Below are positions 1 to 10,735 of a DNA stretch of 64,000 nucleotides, piece after piece. Positions within the stretch are counted from its first letter, which is position 1. Each line of letters opens with the position of its first letter. Below the pieces are notes generated by a model that was not told the origin of the DNA, ran no database searches, and worked only from the letters and a program-made list of their open reading frames with translations. The translations under genes and the position numbers were made by a program. The DNA comes from an uncultured bacterium (GTDB lineage Bacteria > Verrucomicrobiota > Verrucomicrobiia > Limisphaerales > UBA8199). The stretch covers positions 224,001 through 288,000 of the forward strand of contig CAVVMW010000019.1 in NCBI GenBank assembly GCA_963749495.1. The letters are read 5' to 3'.

Positions 1-1
1 A

Positions 2-850
2 CACGTTCTTCTCCGCCTCGCCGATTCCCCCCGTGAAAAGCGCGGACCGGCTCAAACCCAGGTCCTGGAACATCCGCTGGCTCTCCAGACGGTGAGGCCC
101 TTCCCCGATGACGACAACGCGCGCCTTGGGCCGCTGCCGGACGACCTGCTGCCAGACCTTGGGCAGTTCGAGCACGCCTTTGTGGTGGTGCATGCGGCCC
201 AGAAACACCGCGTCGAACTCCTTGGGTTGCGCCGGCCATCGGATGAGCGCCTCCACATCAATGCCATCGCCGATCGGGATCGTTGGCGTCGGTTTGAGGC
301 CGCACAACTCATCGAGTCTGCGCAACTCCTGGGCTATGCCCGGGTTGCCGCAAAAGACAACGTCGGCGTGGCGGTTGATGAGCCTGGCGCTGACGCGCTC
401 GGCGGCCAGGAACATGCGGTCCCAGGCGCTGCGCCGCCCCGGCTGGAACTGGAGGACGTGGTGCACCTTGAGCGCCAGCTTGGCTCGCTGCCGCCGGGCC
501 AGGACCATCGCGGTATAGACCTCGACCACGAACTGGCCGGTGGCATAGACCAGGTCGTAGCGCTCCGGCAGGCGCGTCCAGTGGCAGGTGGCCATGCGCC
601 AGAAATAGCCCGGGAAATAGAGCCAGGTCCTGGCCAGGTAGTTGGTGGCATTGAAGATGCGGTCGCTGGCGATGAGCCGGGACGCGGCCGGGGCCTGGGC
701 GCGCAATGGGGGAAACCCGGCCTTGGCCAGCAGGAAGTCCGCCTGGTGCCCCTGCGCCATCCAGTAGGCGGCCTGCATGGCATAGAGGCGCATCACACCC
801 GAGACGGACTTTGAATCCATCTGGGTGTTCAGCACGATCAGTATCTTCAT
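2..850 (-). CDS. Glycosyltransferase family 4 (GT-B), runs off the window edge
   Basis: Manual translation from ATG 850: MKILIVLNTQ...FDAVFLGRMHHHKGVLELPKVW...VVIGEGP, the GT4 GRxxxxKG motif. Not in the ORF track because it has no stop in the window. Confidence 0.85.
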   Translation of the reverse strand, partial: MKILIVLNTQMDSKSVSGVMRLYAMQAAYWMAQGHQADFLLAKAGFPPLRAQAPAASRLIASDRIFNATNYLARTWLYFPGYFWRMATCHWTRLPERYDLVYATGQFVVEVYTAMVLARRQRAKLALKVHHVLQFQPGRRSAWDRMFLAAERVSARLINRHADVVFCGNPGIAQELRRLDELCGLKPTPTIPIGDGIDVEALIRWPAQPKEFDAVFLGRMHHHKGVLELPKVWQQVVRQRPKARVVVIGEGPHRLESQRMFQDLGLSRSALFTGGIGEAEKNV

Positions 851-861
851 CCCGCCCCGGC

Positions 862-1824
862 TCACGCGGCGCGGCAGGCGGCGACCTGTTGCGCGACCCA
901 AGGATAAGTGCGCTCGATGCCGGCGCGGAGGTCGAAGCGCGACCGCCAGCCGATCGAGTAAATCCGCTGGTTGCTGAAATTGCGGGACGCCACGCCCACG
1001 GGGCCGGCCACCGGCTTGATCACAATCCGCTTGCCGGCCACGGCGGCGACCGTCTCCACCAACTCCGTCACCGTCACGTATTGCGGGCAGCCGATGTTGA
1101 CCGCGCCCTCCAAATCCGAGTGCATGAGCCGAAAGATGCCGTCCACCATGTCCTCCACGTAAGTGTAAGACCGCACGGCCCTGCCGTCGCCCCACATCTC
1201 GACGATTCCCCCCTCCGGCGCCTCCGCCACCTTGCGGCAGATCGCGGCGGGGGCTTTCTCCCTTCCGCCCCGCCAGGTCCCGTCCGGCCCGTAGCAATTC
1301 TGGAACCGCGCAATGCGCACCTTCATCCTGTAGCGCCGGCCGTAGGCCATCGCCAATCGCTCCGAATAGAGTTTCTCCCATCCGTACTCGTTGTCCGGGT
1401 GGGCCGGAACGGCCTGGGCCTCGCTCATCTCGGGCTCGCCCGGCTTCATGTCCCGATAGACACACACCGAGGAAGAATAGAAATACCGTTCCACGCCCAG
1501 CGCCGCCGCGGTGTGGGTCATGTGTACGTTGATCAGCACGCTGTTGTGCATGATCTCGCACTCGGCGGAATGAATGAAGCCCATGCCTCCCATGTCCGCC
1601 GCCAGTTGATAGACCTCGTCGGGCTTGCCGCCGGGCAGGGCCAGCGCCTCCTGGCAGTTCTTCTCCTGGCGCAAGTCCAGCACGCGAAAATCGTCCGCCG
1701 CGCTGGGCGCGAACTCAGGGCGCTTGAGATCGACGCCCCGCACCCAGTAGCCTTCGCCTTTGAGGCGCCGGACCAAATGGCCCCCGATGAAACCGCCCGC
1801 TCCGCACACGACCGCGCTCTTCAT
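862..1824 (-). CDS. NAD-dependent epimerase/dehydratase, GDP-mannose 3',5'-epimerase-like
   Basis: GAGGFIG Rossmann motif, QLAADMGGMGFI, YGWEK (YxxxK), GGREKAPAAICRK. Confidence 0.85.
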   Translation of the reverse strand: MKSAVVCGAGGFIGGHLVRRLKGEGYWVRGVDLKRPEFAPSAADDFRVLDLRQEKNCQEALALPGGKPDEVYQLAADMGGMGFIHSAECEIMHNSVLINVHMTHTAAALGVERYFYSSSVCVYRDMKPGEPEMSEAQAVPAHPDNEYGWEKLYSERLAMAYGRRYRMKVRIARFQNCYGPDGTWRGGREKAPAAICRKVAEAPEGGIVEMWGDGRAVRSYTYVEDMVDGIFRLMHSDLEGAVNIGCPQYVTVTELVETVAAVAGKRIVIKPVAGPVGVASRNFSNQRIYSIGWRSRFDLRAGIERTYPWVAQQVAACRAA

Positions 1825-1966
1825 GCCGTTCCCATTCTTTGTTGCTCTCGACGAACTCATCGAGTGCGGCTTATTACACAGAAACGATCCCGGTGTCAAT
1901 CGGAACTCAGGCCGTCATGTAGTGCCCCAGTGAGGGCAGGGGCGGCACCGGAAAGGCGTCGCCCAA

Positions 1967-2000
1967 CGCGAAGCGTTTTGGACTGCCGCAGTCCAAAACC
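1967..2000. repeat. Collapsed copy of REP family B hairpin
   Basis: cgcgaagcgTTTTGGACTGccgCAGTCCAAAAcc has the same arms as 10566-10661 and 52201-52296. Confidence 0.7.
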
Positions 2001-2067
2001 TTCGGGCTTGGGGCCGGTTCATCGAGAGTGGTCTGCCCGCCGTGTCGCCCCCACCTTCACCGAGGCC

Positions 2068-3082
2068 TTACGCCGTCATCCGCGTCTGCCCCAGGCGATG
2101 CCGGGCGAGCATCTCGATATCGGCCTGGACCATGAGTTTGACCAGGTCCGGGAACTTGGTTCTGGGTTCCCAGCCCAGTTCGCGCCGGGCCTTGCCGCAA
2201 TCGCCCACGAGCACGTCCACTTCGGCGGGCCGATAGTAGTGCGGGTTCGATCTCGACGTATTTTTGCCAGTCCAGGCCGGCATGGCGGAAGGCGGCGTCG
2301 AGAAACTCCCGCACCGAATGGGTCTCCCCGGTGGCGATGACGTAATCGTCCGGGCGCTCGGCCTGGAGCATGAGCCACATGGCCTCGACGTACTCTTTGG
2401 CGTAGCCCCAGTCGCGCCGGGCATCCAGGTTGCCCAAGAAGAGCTTGTCCTGCAATCCGGCCTTGATGTGCGCCACGGCCCGCGTGATCTTGCGCGTGAC
2501 AAAGGTCTCGCCGCGCCGGGGCGACTCGTGGTTGAAGAGAATTCCGTTGCTGGCGTGCAGGCCGTAGGCCTCGCGGTAATTGCGGGTGGCCCAGTAGGCG
2601 AAGACCTTCGCGCAGGCATAGGGGCTGCGCGGATGAAAGGCGGTGCGCTCCGTCTGGGGAACCTCCAGCGCCTTGCCGAACATCTCGCTGGAGGAGGCCT
2701 GATAAAACCGAGGGCGCAGGTTGGTCTCACGGATGGCCTCCAGCAAGCGCACCGTGCCGGTCGCCACGATGTCCGTCGTGTACTCGGGGTTGTCGAAGCT
2801 CACCCGGACGTGGCTCTGAGCGGCCAGGTTGTAAATTTCCTCGGGCTGGATCCGGCCGACCAGCAGCGCCAGCGCGCTGGCATCCGCCAGGTCCCCGTAG
2901 TGCAGGAACAAATGGGTCCGCGCTGAATGCGGGTCGCTATAGATGGCGTCGATGCGCCCGGTGTTGAACGTGCTGGCGCGCCGGATGAGGCCGTGCACCT
3001 CGTAGCCCTTCGATAAGAGCAACTCCGCCAGGTAGGAGCCGTCCTGTCCCGTAATCCCCGTAATCAGTGCTTTTTTCATCAT
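2068..3082 (-). CDS. gmd: GDP-mannose 4,6-dehydratase with a 1-nt frameshift near 2248
   Basis: [37 protein letters not shown]. The C-terminus ([14 protein letters not shown]...ELGW) continues in another frame. Confidence 0.95.
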
Positions 3083-3273
3083 ACTGGATCGCGCCAGCAT
3101 CCTAGAAAGCGCGGTTTGGGCGCATCGATCAAGCCCAAATTCCGAAAAGGGCTTGCAATTCCTCCGCAGAGAACTACGTTCGACTGGACGGTTGGTTAGT
3201 TTTCATCTGGTTGCCCGGTTCGACCGGGCGCGAGAGCGCATTGCCCGGGTTGGACAAAGCCCCCGACAACGCC

Positions 3274-3702
3274 ATGAAGCCGGTCCTGTATGCCGAAGAC
3301 GATGTTGACGATGTTTTCTTCCTGCGCTACGCCTGGGAACTGGCCCAAGTGCCGCACCCGCTCATTGACGTTAGGAACGGCCAGCAGGCTCTGGATTATT
3401 TGGACGGCCAGGGGCGCTATGCCGATCGGCAGCAGCACCCGCTCCCTTGCCTGGTCCTGCTGGACTTGAATATGCCCGGCAAAAGCGGCTTTGAAGTGCT
3501 CCGCTGGATCCGCCAACATCCCCGCCTTCAATCGCTCAAGGTCGTGGTGGTGTCGGGTTCCAACCAGGAAACCGACATCGAAACCGCGCAACGCCTCGGC
3601 GCCACCGATTACCTCGTTAAACCCTCCGACCCGAGCCGCCTGCTGGAAATCATTCAGGAGAAAAAGGGCCTCTGGCTGCCAAACGATCCCAGTGCGGAGT
3701 GA
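3274..3702 (+). CDS. Single-domain response regulator (CheY-like receiver)
   Basis: YAEDD...LVLLDLNMPGKSG...GATDYLVKP. Confidence 0.9.
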   Translation: MKPVLYAEDDVDDVFFLRYAWELAQVPHPLIDVRNGQQALDYLDGQGRYADRQQHPLPCLVLLDLNMPGKSGFEVLRWIRQHPRLQSLKVVVVSGSNQETDIETAQRLGATDYLVKPSDPSRLLEIIQEKKGLWLPNDPSAE

Positions 3703-3785
3703 TCTGAGTGCGGAGTGCGGAGTGCGGAGTGACACGCGCCGGAATCGTCAAGGACTCCGCAACTGCCCACTCCGCACTCCGCACT
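3691..3785. repeat. Inverted heptamer tandem arrays (GAGTGCG)n / (ACTCCGC)n
   Basis: Read directly at 3706-3730 and 3753-3785. Confidence 0.85.
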
Positions 3786-3972
3786 GAGGTGGGTCCGGAG
3801 CGGGAAGCCCAAAGGCCGAAGGCCTGATGATTCCAGAACTTCCGACATGGCCCCGTAGTTTTTCGCCATCTTTGGGCATATTCCACCTGGACGACCGTGA
3901 TGGTGGGGGGCGAACCCAAACCAGTTCGCTTTTTTTGACCGGCGGTGTGGGTCACGCGCGCATCGCGGCGGT

Positions 3973-4097
3973 GCGCCGGGCGCCATCCCGAAGGGATGGC
4001 AATCACTCAGCCCAGGGTTGCCCCGCCCTTTCGCAAGATGGGCGGGGCTACCCTGGGTCACGCGCCCGTGACGAACTACCCTGAAAGGGTTGCATCG
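3973..4097. repeat. Left REP-like inverted repeat of the RAYT locus
   Basis: ccatcccgaagggatggcaatcactcagcccagggttg...accctgggtca...gaactaccctgaaagggttgca; reverse complement of 4599-4710. Confidence 0.9.
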
Positions 4098-4124
4098 CGC
4101 ACGCATTCGCTGCATTCTCCTTTG

Positions 4125-4580
4125 ATGTCTCAGTCGCTGGCCAAAATCCTCGTCCACACGGTTTTCTCGACCAAAGAGCGCCGGCCTTTCCTTCGGGATG
4201 CAGCGTTGCGCGAGGAGTTGCACCGCTACCTTGGCGGCATTCTCAATCACCTGGATTGCCAACCGGTCATCGTCGGCGGCATCGAAGATCACGTGCATCT
4301 GCTGTCTAGCCTCTCACGCACCTGCCAGGTCGCCGAAATGGTCAAGGAACTCAAGCGAGGTTCCTCGCTCTGGATCAAGGAGCGCGCCCGGACGATGAGC
4401 GATTTTGCCTGGCAGAACGGGTATGGGATCTTCTCGGTCAGCCTATCGCGAATCGAGGCGGTGCAACGCTATATCGCCGAGCAGGCGCAACGCCATCGCA
4501 AACTCTCGTTCCAGGACGAGTTCAGGCAACTGCTCAAGCGCCATCGAATTGCTTACGACGAGCGATACCTGTGGGATTGA
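4125..4580 (+). CDS. tnpA: IS200-like / REP-associated Y1 HUH transposase (RAYT)
   Basis: HTVFSTKER, HUH motif EDHVHLL, FAWQNGYGIFSVS, catalytic Y in VQRYIAEQ. Confidence 0.9.
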   Translation: MSQSLAKILVHTVFSTKERRPFLRDAALREELHRYLGGILNHLDCQPVIVGGIEDHVHLLSSLSRTCQVAEMVKELKRGSSLWIKERARTMSDFAWQNGYGIFSVSLSRIEAVQRYIAEQAQRHRKLSFQDEFRQLLKRHRIAYDERYLWD

Positions 4581-4598
4581 AGTGGGGGTTGCGCCCCG

Positions 4599-4710
4599 GC
4601 GCTGCAACCCTTTCAGGGTAGTTCGTCCCGGGCGCCTGACCCAGGGTAGCGCGTGCCGCGCAACCCTGGGCTGAGTGATTGCCATCCCTTCGGGATGGTC
4701 GCCCGGCGCA
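4599..4710. repeat. Right REP-like inverted repeat of the RAYT locus
   Basis: gcaaccctttcagggtagttcgtc...caaccctgggctgagtgattgccatcccttcgggatgg. Confidence 0.9.
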
Positions 4711-4837
4711 TCGTCGGCCAACTGAGTTGCTTCCTTCTCCCGGCGCAAACGGCGACTGATTTGCTGTCGCACCCGGCAAGTGACTTATGCGCGTTCCCTG
4801 ATTGCTTCCTGGTTTGGGCGGACTAAACTGCTGCTCC

Positions 4838-7429
4838 ATGAAACGAGTTTTCTTTGGCGCACCACGAGTCGTGACCGCAGCGTTGTTCTGCGGCCTTCTG
4901 TTGAGTCTGGCCGGTGCCGTTGGCATTGTGACTGCCCAACCGGCGTTCCGGCCGCCGGCGGTGCCGCTGGTAACCAGCGACCCGTATTTGAGCATTTGGT
5001 GTGAAGCGGACCACTTGACAGACGCCCCGACGCGCCATTGGACGCGGCGCGAACACTCGCTGGTGAGCCTGGTTCGCGTGGACGGCCGGGCCTGCCGGCT
5101 GATGGGCAAAGAGCCCGCGGACGCGCCGGCGCTGCCACAGGTCGGGCTGGAGGTCAAGCCGACCCGCACGCTCTACCATTTCGAGGACGGGCGCGTCCAG
5201 GTCACCCTGACCTTCATGACGCCCGCTTTGCCCAACGACCTGGAGGCAATGGCCCTGCCCTTGAGTTTCATCAACTGGACCGTGCGTTCTACGGATGGAA
5301 AGGACCATGCCGTCGCGCTCTACTACAGCACCAGTTCGCAGCTTGCGGTCAACAATAGCAGCGAGAAGGTGGAATGGGCGCGGGAGACGGCGGGCGATTT
5401 GACGGCCCTGCGAGTGGGGACCCAGGAACAGCCGATCCTCGGCTCGAGCGGTGACGACCATCGGATCAACTGGGGGTATGCCTACAGCGCCGCACTGACC
5501 AGCCAGGCCAAGGCGGTCGTCGGTGCGCACCGGGACCTGGTTGAGGCCTTTGTGGTGCGCGGAGAACTCCCGTCCCAGGACGACACCCGCATCCCGCGGG
5601 CGGTCAGCGACAATCAGCCCGTGATGGCTTTCGCCTTCGATCTCGGGCAGGTAACCGCCACGCCAGTCACCCGCCAGGTTATCGTGGCCTACGATGAGGT
5701 TTACGCGATCAAGTACTTTGGCCAAAAGCTGCGGCCTTACTGGAGGCGGAACGGGGCCACGCCGGCCCAGATGCTCCAGAAGGCGGCAGGCGATTACGAG
5801 CAACTCTTGAAACGCTGCACCGAGTTCGATGAGCAACTCGAGGCGGACGCCCGCAAAGCGGGCGGCGAGAAGTACGCTCTCATGTGCGCCCTGGCGTATC
5901 GCGAATGCGCCGCCGCGTGCGGCCTGGCGGCCGATGCCAACAAACAGCCGCTCTTTTTCACCAAAGAGAACACCAGCAACGGCGACATCGCCACGGTCGA
6001 TGTGATTTTCCCCATGGCGCCGCAGTGGATACTGTTGAGTCCAACCCTGGCCAAGGCCTCGATTGTGCCGATCCTCAGCTATGCCTCCTCGTGGCACTGG
6101 AAGTTCCCCAACGCGCCCCATGACCTGGGTACCTACCCGATTGCCCGCGGCACCGACGACGGCGGCGAGGGAATGCCGGTCGAGGAGAGCGGCAACATGC
6201 TCATCCTGTGCGACGCCATCGCTCAGGAGGAAGGCAACGCAGAGTTCGTCGCGCCCTGGTGGCCCAAGCTGACCCAGTGGGCGCAGTACCTGGAGCGGTA
6301 TGGCCTGGACCCGGAAAACCAGCTCTGCACGGATGATTTCATGGGCCACCTCGCGCACAATGCCAATCTCTCGGTAAAGGCCATCCTCGGTCTGGCGGCC
6401 TACGGCGACCTGTGCCGGATGAGAGGCGACCCCGCCAATGCGGAAAAATACTCGAAGCTGGCCAGAACCGATGCCGCACATTGGGTGAGCGTGGCGGCCG
6501 AAGGCGAACACTACCGGCTGGCTTTCGATAAGCCCAATACGTGGAGCCAGAAATATAACCTCGTCTGGGACCGCATCCTGGGCCTGAACGTCTTCCCGCC
6601 GGAAGTGGCGCAAAAGGAGGTTGCCCACTACAAGAGCGTGATGCAGCGCTACGGCGTGCCGCTGGATTCGCGCACCCGCCTCACCAAGACCGACTGGTCA
6701 TTCTGGAGCGCCACCCTGGCGGACAACCAAACCGATTTCGAGGCCCTGATCTCGCCGATTTACGATTACCTGAACCAGACCGCCGCCCGCGACCCGCTGG
6801 CCGATTCCTACGAAACGGACAAGGTGCGAAGCGGCGGCATGCACGCCCGCCCGGTGGTGGGCGGCCTCTTCATCAAGATGCTCGCCGACCGCGCGATGTG
6901 GATGAAGTGGTCCGGCGCGGATCACACCAAGGCAGCCAACTGGGCGCCGCTGCCGGAACCGCCGCAGATTACGGAAGTCGTCCCGACCTCGCGCCAGGCG
7001 CCGGTCACCTGGCATTACACCACCACAAGGCCCGCCCAGGACTGGATCAAAGCGGAGTTCGATGCGTCGGGTTGGAAGGAAGGGCCTGCCGGGTTTGGAA
7101 CGGAAGGCACGCCGGGGGCGGTGGTCAGGACGACATGGAACACGGGGGACATCTGGTTGCGGCGGCAATTCACCATGCCAGAAGTTCCCACCTCCGATCT
7201 CCGGTTCTACGTTTACCACGATGAAGACGTGGAGGTTTACGTCAACGGAGTTTTGGCGGCGTCGGAGAGCGGGTTCACCACCAGCTACGTCCCAGTGGAA
7301 ATCCGGCCCGCTGCTCAAGCAGTGCTCAAGCCGGGGGCCAAGGTCACGCTGGCCGTTCATTGCCATCAGACCGTGGGCGGTCAGGGCATCGATGTGGGCC
7401 TGGCCAATGTCCACGAGGCAGGGCGATAG
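4838..7429 (+). CDS. Secreted glutaminase-A-like (DUF5127/DUF4965/DUF1793) probable glycoside hydrolase with C-terminal sugar-binding domain
   Basis: Signal peptide; RPPAVPL, KENTSNG, TVDV, APHDLG, MPVEESGNM, QLCTDDF, ARPVVGG. Confidence 0.8.
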   Translation: MKRVFFGAPRVVTAALFCGLLLSLAGAVGIVTAQPAFRPPAVPLVTSDPYLSIWCEADHLTDAPTRHWTRREHSLVSLVRVDGRACRLMGKEPADAPALPQVGLEVKPTRTLYHFEDGRVQVTLTFMTPALPNDLEAMALPLSFINWTVRSTDGKDHAVALYYSTSSQLAVNNSSEKVEWARETAGDLTALRVGTQEQPILGSSGDDHRINWGYAYSAALTSQAKAVVGAHRDLVEAFVVRGELPSQDDTRIPRAVSDNQPVMAFAFDLGQVTATPVTRQVIVAYDEVYAIKYFGQKLRPYWRRNGATPAQMLQKAAGDYEQLLKRCTEFDEQLEADARKAGGEKYALMCALAYRECAAACGLAADANKQPLFFTKENTSNGDIATVDVIFPMAPQWILLSPTLAKASIVPILSYASSWHWKFPNAPHDLGTYPIARGTDDGGEGMPVEESGNMLILCDAIAQEEGNAEFVAPWWPKLTQWAQYLERYGLDPENQLCTDDFMGHLAHNANLSVKAILGLAAYGDLCRMRGDPANAEKYSKLARTDAAHWVSVAAEGEHYRLAFDKPNTWSQKYNLVWDRILGLNVFPPEVAQKEVAHYKSVMQRYGVPLDSRTRLTKTDWSFWSATLADNQTDFEALISPIYDYLNQTAARDPLADSYETDKVRSGGMHARPVVGGLFIKMLADRAMWMKWSGADHTKAANWAPLPEPPQITEVVPTSRQAPVTWHYTTTRPAQDWIKAEFDASGWKEGPAGFGTEGTPGAVVRTTWNTGDIWLRRQFTMPEVPTSDLRFYVYHDEDVEVYVNGVLAASESGFTTSYVPVEIRPAAQAVLKPGAKVTLAVHCHQTVGGQGIDVGLANVHEAGR

Positions 7430-7436
7430 CAGTGGC

Positions 7437-8261
<825 letters not shown>

Positions 8262-8310
8262 ACTACCCCCCTCACCGGTCAGATGCCAGCCCGATTTGCG
8301 GCTCTTCAAT

Positions 8311-8399
8311 CCTTCGTTGCCTTCGTTGCCTTCTGTTCTTTTCCAGCGTCCCACCGGCTGGGAACAGGAACTAAACAGAAGGAAACCAAGGAAACGAAG
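8311..8399. repeat. Inverted 9-mer tandem arrays
   Basis: ccttcgttg ccttcgttg ccttctgtt facing aacagaagg aaaccaagg aaacgaag. Confidence 0.7.
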
Positions 8400-8441
8400 A
8401 GGCGGCCCGATGGGCGGCATCGTTGTGGTCCGTGCCAGTTC

Positions 8442-9455
8442 CTACCTGGATTCCTGCTCGACTGCTTGGTAGAAGGCATCCAGGGCGGCGAGGGGCGCGT
8501 CAGGCGGGACATCGCAGCCGGAGGAGAGGACGAAATTCCGGCGGGCGGAGGTCGCGCGGAGCAGGGCGGCGGCCCGAGCGGCGATCTCCGCCGGCGGCAG
8601 TTGGCAGAACACTCCGGCGGGATCCAGGTTGCCGCAGAGCACCACGTCCGGGGCGACTTTGCCCAGGGCGGCCGGGAGATCCATCGGGGCGCCGAAATGG
8701 AAGGTCTTGAGGCCGGTTTCAAGGATAGCCGGCAGGTGCAGCAACCTGGCCCCGCAATTGTGCAGGATAAGGGTGAAGTCTCCGTCGGCCAGAGCGGCGG
8801 CGATTGATTTGATGTAAGCGGAGGAGAAGGCGGCCAGCCCGCGGGGCGAAAGCAGGCCCGCGGCGGGTTCGGCCATGATCAACCCATCAGCGCCCGCGCC
8901 CTTGAACGCGCGGGCATAGGTGATCAGAAATTCCGTGCTCTTCTCGACCAATGTGTGCACCAAGCCCGGTTCGGTGACGGTCAGTTCCATCGCCTCGCTC
9001 ACTCCCGCCAGGCGGGCGGCCAGGGAAAACGGGCCGATGCACTCGCCCAACACCGTCAGCGTATCCGAGAGCTTGCGCAGGCGGCGGACCGTCTCCAAAT
9101 AAACCCCGGTGCGCTTGTCGCCGGGCGCCGGCACCGGCAGGCCCTGCGCCTGCTCCAGGCTGGTCACCCGCCGGCCGGTGACCGTCGGCACTTCGGTTTC
9201 CGACATTTGAATCGCGCAGCCAAAGGCCTCGGCCTCGGCGCTGAGGTCCATCGCCGACAACAGGAAGGGACTGCCATAGCGCTGGTGCAGGGCGGCCTGG
9301 GCTTCCACCTGCGCCTGGGGATTGGTGACGATGTCGCACACGCGCGCGTGCGTCAGCGCCAGGCCCGGATAGGTGGCGATCGGCATCGCCAGCCGCTTCG
9401 CAGAGGCCAGGACCAGGCGGTTAAACGCGTGGGCAGGCCGTTCAACTGTCGGCAT
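8442..9455 (-). CDS. Uroporphyrinogen decarboxylase / MtaA-CmuA methyltransferase family protein
   Basis: DLSAEAEAFG, GPFSLA, ILHNCG, GNLDP, LSSGCD. Confidence 0.85.
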   Translation of the reverse strand: MPTVERPAHAFNRLVLASAKRLAMPIATYPGLALTHARVCDIVTNPQAQVEAQAALHQRYGSPFLLSAMDLSAEAEAFGCAIQMSETEVPTVTGRRVTSLEQAQGLPVPAPGDKRTGVYLETVRRLRKLSDTLTVLGECIGPFSLAARLAGVSEAMELTVTEPGLVHTLVEKSTEFLITYARAFKGAGADGLIMAEPAAGLLSPRGLAAFSSAYIKSIAAALADGDFTLILHNCGARLLHLPAILETGLKTFHFGAPMDLPAALGKVAPDVVLCGNLDPAGVFCQLPPAEIAARAAALLRATSARRNFVLSSGCDVPPDAPLAALDAFYQAVEQESR

Positions 9456-9464
9456 AGGCACCCT

Positions 9465-10433
9465 TCAGGCCTGCCGGGTCGCAAAGCTCTTGCGCAGCAG
9501 TTCGATGCCCTTGGGGACGGCGGTGTCGGCCGGCTCCTTGCCTTCGTATTCCAGGGAGACGTAGCCGGTATAGGCGGCGTCGTTCAGGATCCCGGCGATG
9601 CGGACGTAATCCAGGTCCAGGGTGTACCATTCGCCGCCGCCGTAATAGGCCTTGGCCTGCACATAGACGGTTTTCGGAGCGACCTGCTTGAGCTTGTCGT
9701 AGGGGTCTTCCATGAAGTTGCCGGTGTCCATCAGGGCGCCCAGCCAGGGGGAGGGCACCGCCTGAACCAGGCGCAACTGGCCCTCGGGAGTGCGGCTCAG
9801 GCCCCAGTGATTCTCCAGGGCCATGACGACGCCGCATTGCTCGGCCTTGGGGATGCACTTCTCGATGCACTCGATGCACCAATTGAAACCGTCGTCCTCG
9901 GTGTGGCCGGGCAGGATCGGTTCGATGCCCCGCGCCTTCATCAGGTCGTCAAAGCTCTTGATCGTGTTCCAGCGTCCGGAGTTGAGGCGGATGGAGGGGC
10001 AGCCCAACTCGGAAGCGATTTCGAGGCACTTGTGGGTGTGCTCGACCTGCCGCTGCCGGGCGGCCGGATCTTCGAGCACAAAGTTCTGGTGGATGGAGAC
10101 GCAGACCGGGGCCACACCGTTGCGGAAGGCATGCCGCTTGAGCTTCCGCAGGTAGGCCCGATGGCCGGTGGTCAGCGGCTCGGTCTCCGGCAGGTCCATC
10201 TGCCGGTGGAGGATGTCCACCCCGCTGACTCCCAGTTCGGAGGCCTTCTCGATGACCGTTTCGATGGAGACCTTTGGGCCGCGGAAGTGCCAATAGGAAT
10301 AGGTGCAGACGCCGAGCTTGACGGGCCGGGCGCGCCCGGTTTGCACGGCCGGGGCTTCCTGCGCCCGGGCGCCCACGGCCAGACCCGCCCCCAGGCCCGC
10401 CGTGGCGGTGAGAAAAGAACGTCGGTTCATCAT
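9465..10433 (-). CDS. Tat-exported sugar phosphate isomerase/epimerase (AP-endonuclease-2 TIM barrel)
   Basis: NRRSFL Tat motif; ALENHWG, DTGNF, VSLEYEG. Confidence 0.85.
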   Translation of the reverse strand: MMNRRSFLTATAGLGAGLAVGARAQEAPAVQTGRARPVKLGVCTYSYWHFRGPKVSIETVIEKASELGVSGVDILHRQMDLPETEPLTTGHRAYLRKLKRHAFRNGVAPVCVSIHQNFVLEDPAARQRQVEHTHKCLEIASELGCPSIRLNSGRWNTIKSFDDLMKARGIEPILPGHTEDDGFNWCIECIEKCIPKAEQCGVVMALENHWGLSRTPEGQLRLVQAVPSPWLGALMDTGNFMEDPYDKLKQVAPKTVYVQAKAYYGGGEWYTLDLDYVRIAGILNDAAYTGYVSLEYEGKEPADTAVPKGIELLRKSFATRQA

Positions 10434-10511
10434 AACGTTTGAGAGTTGACGAGACATCCTAAGTCCAGGCGCCGGGGAAATAAAGAGGGATTTGCCAGCA
10501 TTGGAGTCAGG

Positions 10512-10730
10512 GGGCGCATCTCACCTTTGTCGAGCCTGGCCGAAAACTGCGATTGGAGTGCCCGTCCGGAGTCGCGAAGCGTTTTGGACTGTGGCAGTCC
10601 TCCGCCGCTTTTCGGACCCTGGGGACGCGAAAGCGCCAGAGGACTGGCGCAGTCCAAAACCATGCGGGCTTCCCTGCGCCGCGCTCCAATTGCCCGTCTT
10701 GCCGAAGGCCGACAAAGGTGAGATGCGCCC
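10512..10730. mobile_element. MITE-like element: 21-bp perfect terminal inverted repeats enclosing REP family B (10566-10661)
   Basis: gggcgcatctcacctttgtcg ... cgacaaaggtgagatgcgccc; the inner ~96 bp is nearly identical to 52201-52296. Confidence 0.75.
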
Positions 10731-10735
10731 GGGGT

